NCBI GenBank assembly: GCA_963997925.1
Contig: CAXEOX010000002.1
Coordinates: 8,586 to 72,585, forward strand
Source of the DNA: an uncultured bacterium
Lineage (GTDB): Bacteria; Chloroflexota; Dehalococcoidia; Lucifugimonadales; UBA3495
DNA length: 64,000 nt
Reading direction: 5' to 3'
The notes beneath the pieces are model-generated. The model was not told where the DNA came from, made no database searches, and saw only the letters and a list, made by a program, of their open reading frames with translations. The position numbers and the translations under genes are program-made. Shown piece by piece: positions 61,982-64,000 of the stretch (position 1 is the stretch's first letter; every line of letters begins with the position of its first letter).

Positions 61982-63238
61982 CTACGACTGCATCAACGTT
62001 ACCCGAAGCAGGTCCAGCGCGTGGAGGGAGGCCCTGGTCCGGTCCGGCAAACCGGGGCCGGCGAAGTTGTAGACTCTTTGGTTGATGCCTTGGGAGGAAG
62101 CAACTGCGATATAGGTGTTGCCGGCTCTAAGGTTTTCCGAGCTAGAGTTGGAGGATCCTCCGGTTGGAGAGGGATCGTCCGGTAACGAAAGAACCGCCAG
62201 TCCCAGGTCGGACCCGGCGACAGCCCGGACCGCTGAGGCCAGTTGGCCGGTCAGCGCCTCGGGTTCCGAGGGCGCCCCGGCGTCGACTCCGTTGGCACTC
62301 AGAATAGCCTGCAGCGTGGTTTCCTGCTGGCCGATGGTCCCCTGCAAGAACCGCGGTCCATCGGCCTCTTGAAGTTGCTGGGCTACCAGTCCACCGGTTA
62401 GTCCCTCGAATGATGCGACGGTCAGTTCTTTGGAGCGCAGCAAGTCGCCGACGATGTCCTGCATAGTTTGCTCCCCGGTGGCGAACACGTGGTCCCCCAA
62501 TAATGACCTAACCTCTTTCTCCAATGGAGCGATCAGAACGTCGGCTTCACCTTGGCTGGCCGCTTTGGCGGTTATGCGGACGTCCACCTGTCCTGGGTGG
62601 GCCAGTACGCCCACCGTGGGATTGCTGGAGTTGGCGATGAGGTACCCCACAAGATCGTCCACTCCGCTCTCCCCCATGTCGGCGACCTTCAACACACGGG
62701 AGTAGATGGCCTCGGAGAGATCGAACTTTCCCTGCAAGTAGGGAATCACTTCGTTGTCGAAAAGCCACTTCATCTCGAAGGGGACGCCCGGCAGGCAGAT
62801 AACCACGGCTCTCGGGTCCTCTACTATGAATGAAGGAGCGGTTCCATTGGGGTTTTCTACCGGTATGGCGCCTTCGGGAATGTAGGCTTGCCGGTTGTTG
62901 TTCTCCGTCATGATGAAACCCCGGCGGCGGAACCTGGCTTCTATCTGGGCGAGCAATTCCGGTTCGAGGACCAGTTCTCTAGAGGACGCCTTCGCCACGA
63001 TCTCCCGGGTCAGATCGTCCTGTGTTGGGCCGATGCCACCGGAGGTTATCACCACGTCGGACCGATTCATGGCGGCGTTGATTGCCTCCAGCATCCGGCC
63101 CGGATTGTCGCCGACTATCGTTTTATAGAAGAGATTCACACCTACGCCGGCTAGGCGCTGCGCCATCCATGCCGAATTGGTGTCCACGATCTGTCCTAAA
63201 AGCAGTTCCGAGCCGATCGCCACTATCTCAGCGTTCAT
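61982..63238 (-). CDS. cinA: CinA-family competence/damage-inducible protein (MoCF + nicotinamide-nucleotide amidase domains)
   Basis: The ATG at 63238 gives MNAEIVAIGSELLLGQIVDTNSAWMAQRL...SGGIGPTQDDLT. The ORF-track start at 63295 adds 19 atypical residues. Confidence 0.88.
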   Translation of the reverse strand: MNAEIVAIGSELLLGQIVDTNSAWMAQRLAGVGVNLFYKTIVGDNPGRMLEAINAAMNRSDVVITSGGIGPTQDDLTREIVAKASSRELVLEPELLAQIEARFRRRGFIMTENNNRQAYIPEGAIPVENPNGTAPSFIVEDPRAVVICLPGVPFEMKWLFDNEVIPYLQGKFDLSEAIYSRVLKVADMGESGVDDLVGYLIANSSNPTVGVLAHPGQVDVRITAKAASQGEADVLIAPLEKEVRSLLGDHVFATGEQTMQDIVGDLLRSKELTVASFEGLTGGLVAQQLQEADGPRFLQGTIGQQETTLQAILSANGVDAGAPSEPEALTGQLASAVRAVAGSDLGLAVLSLPDDPSPTGGSSNSSSENLRAGNTYIAVASSQGINQRVYNFAGPGLPDRTRASLHALDLLRVTLMQS

Positions 63239-63458
63239 CCCAATCTTCTCCTGAGCGGTTCCGCCAAGAGTAGACCGCCGAACATTGACGGTCAAGAGCG
63301 GCCTACCGATATAACCGAGCCCACGATGTCATGATTGCATCGGAGAACACGGGTTCGGCAAGCGGATACCGGGGGGTCTAGGCTGGCCCTGTGATACAAT
63401 GTTGCGAGTGAATCGACCCTCCCACACGAGTGAATATGCCAACAAGGAGACGAATTCC

Positions 63459-64000
63459 GTGACCAAATCACGGCTCGTCAGGGCTTCGTTAATCACCATT
63501 CTCTGCATCCTCGGCTTGTCCTTTGCCGTCGCTTGTGGCGTTCAGCAGGCCAGCGTATCGGGGGACGTTGATACGACGATCGAAGGATTGCCGCCTGAGT
63601 TCGAGCGTTTGCTGGAAGTTTGGGAACTTCTGGAAGGCGAACACATCAACGGAACGGACCTGGACCCCCAGGAAATCAGCGACGGGGCGATCCGGGGCAT
63701 GCTGGAGGCATTGGGCGACCCATATTCCGCCTTCTACAACACAGAGCAGTACAAGATTGCGACCCAAGACTTGAAAGGATTTTTCGAAGGTATCGGCGCC
63801 GAAGTGGGCATCAGGAATGGGATGGTCACGATTCTAGCTCCCATGCCGGATACCCCCGCCGAGAAAGCAGGCATCAAACCCGGCGACATCATTATGGAGA
63901 TCGAAGACGAGAGCGCCGAAGGAATCAGCCTGATGGAGGCGGTCAACCGGATCCGCGGCAAGAAAGGGACCGTCGTCAAGCTCCTGATTCTGCATAAAGG
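63459..64000 (+). CDS. S41-family carboxy-terminal processing peptidase, 3' end outside window
   Basis: Absent from the ORF track because it runs off the window. GTG at 63459 with AAGGAGA 8 nt upstream. Signal with lipobox AVAC, then LEALGDPYSAFY, FEGIGAEVG and the PDZ-type PAEKAGIKPGDII. Confidence 0.85.
   Translation, partial: MTKSRLVRASLITILCILGLSFAVACGVQQASVSGDVDTTIEGLPPEFERLLEVWELLEGEHINGTDLDPQEISDGAIRGMLEALGDPYSAFYNTEQYKIATQDLKGFFEGIGAEVGIRNGMVTILAPMPDTPAEKAGIKPGDIIMEIEDESAEGISLMEAVNRIRGKKGTVVKLLILHK

Noticed and set aside
63620-63997. 125-aa Arg-rich plus-strand ORF
   Set aside because: It is an alternative frame of the S41 peptidase gene. The peptidase frame starts at the GTG at 63459 and shows clear family motifs.

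Overview
GC-rich, densely coding bacterial chromosomal window with about 58 protein genes. I recognised no rRNA, tRNA, CRISPR array, transposase or integrase. All calls come from reading the sequence and ORF translations; no searches or computations were run.

Housekeeping backbone:
- typA/bipA.
- A minus-strand pyrimidine operon, pyrR-pyrB-pyrC-carA-(orphan ORF)-carB, preceded by a textbook PyrR-binding loop plus an intrinsic terminator.
- pyrF, and plsX-fabG next to a double-hotdog MaoC protein.
- gdh, ggt, sfsA, an endonuclease III-like gene, cinA, and an S41 protease cut by the window end.

The remainder is a catabolic/accessory mix with heavy paralogy: 4 LLM-class flavin/F420 oxidoreductases, 3 CaiB/BaiF CoA-transferases, SDRs, alpha/beta hydrolases, cupins, a GMC oxidoreductase, an orphan CoxL-like Mo enzyme and an MMPL/RND exporter. 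I associate this profile with marine Chloroflexota of the SAR202 type, but that is inference only.

Most notable observations:
1. The last 19 codons plus stop of typA are duplicated 2.2 kb downstream. All 10 nucleotide differences are synonymous. The two copies bracket a cassette carrying an ABM monooxygenase and a Tat-less, RdhB-less reductive-dehalogenase homologue.
2. On the other side of typA, a 1.7-kb lower-GC insert encodes a lone PD-(D/E)XK nuclease-family protein and is bounded by 49-nt direct repeats.
3. An in-frame UGA with a hairpin immediately downstream fuses two ORFs into a UGSC-type selenoprotein. It sits next to a conserved-looking 352-aa protein of unknown function.
4. carB has no canonical start codon upstream of its conserved N-terminal motif.
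5. Two genes are broken by apparent 1-nt deletions.
6. At least seven families of short GC-rich palindromic repeats fill intergenic regions and inflate several ORF calls.
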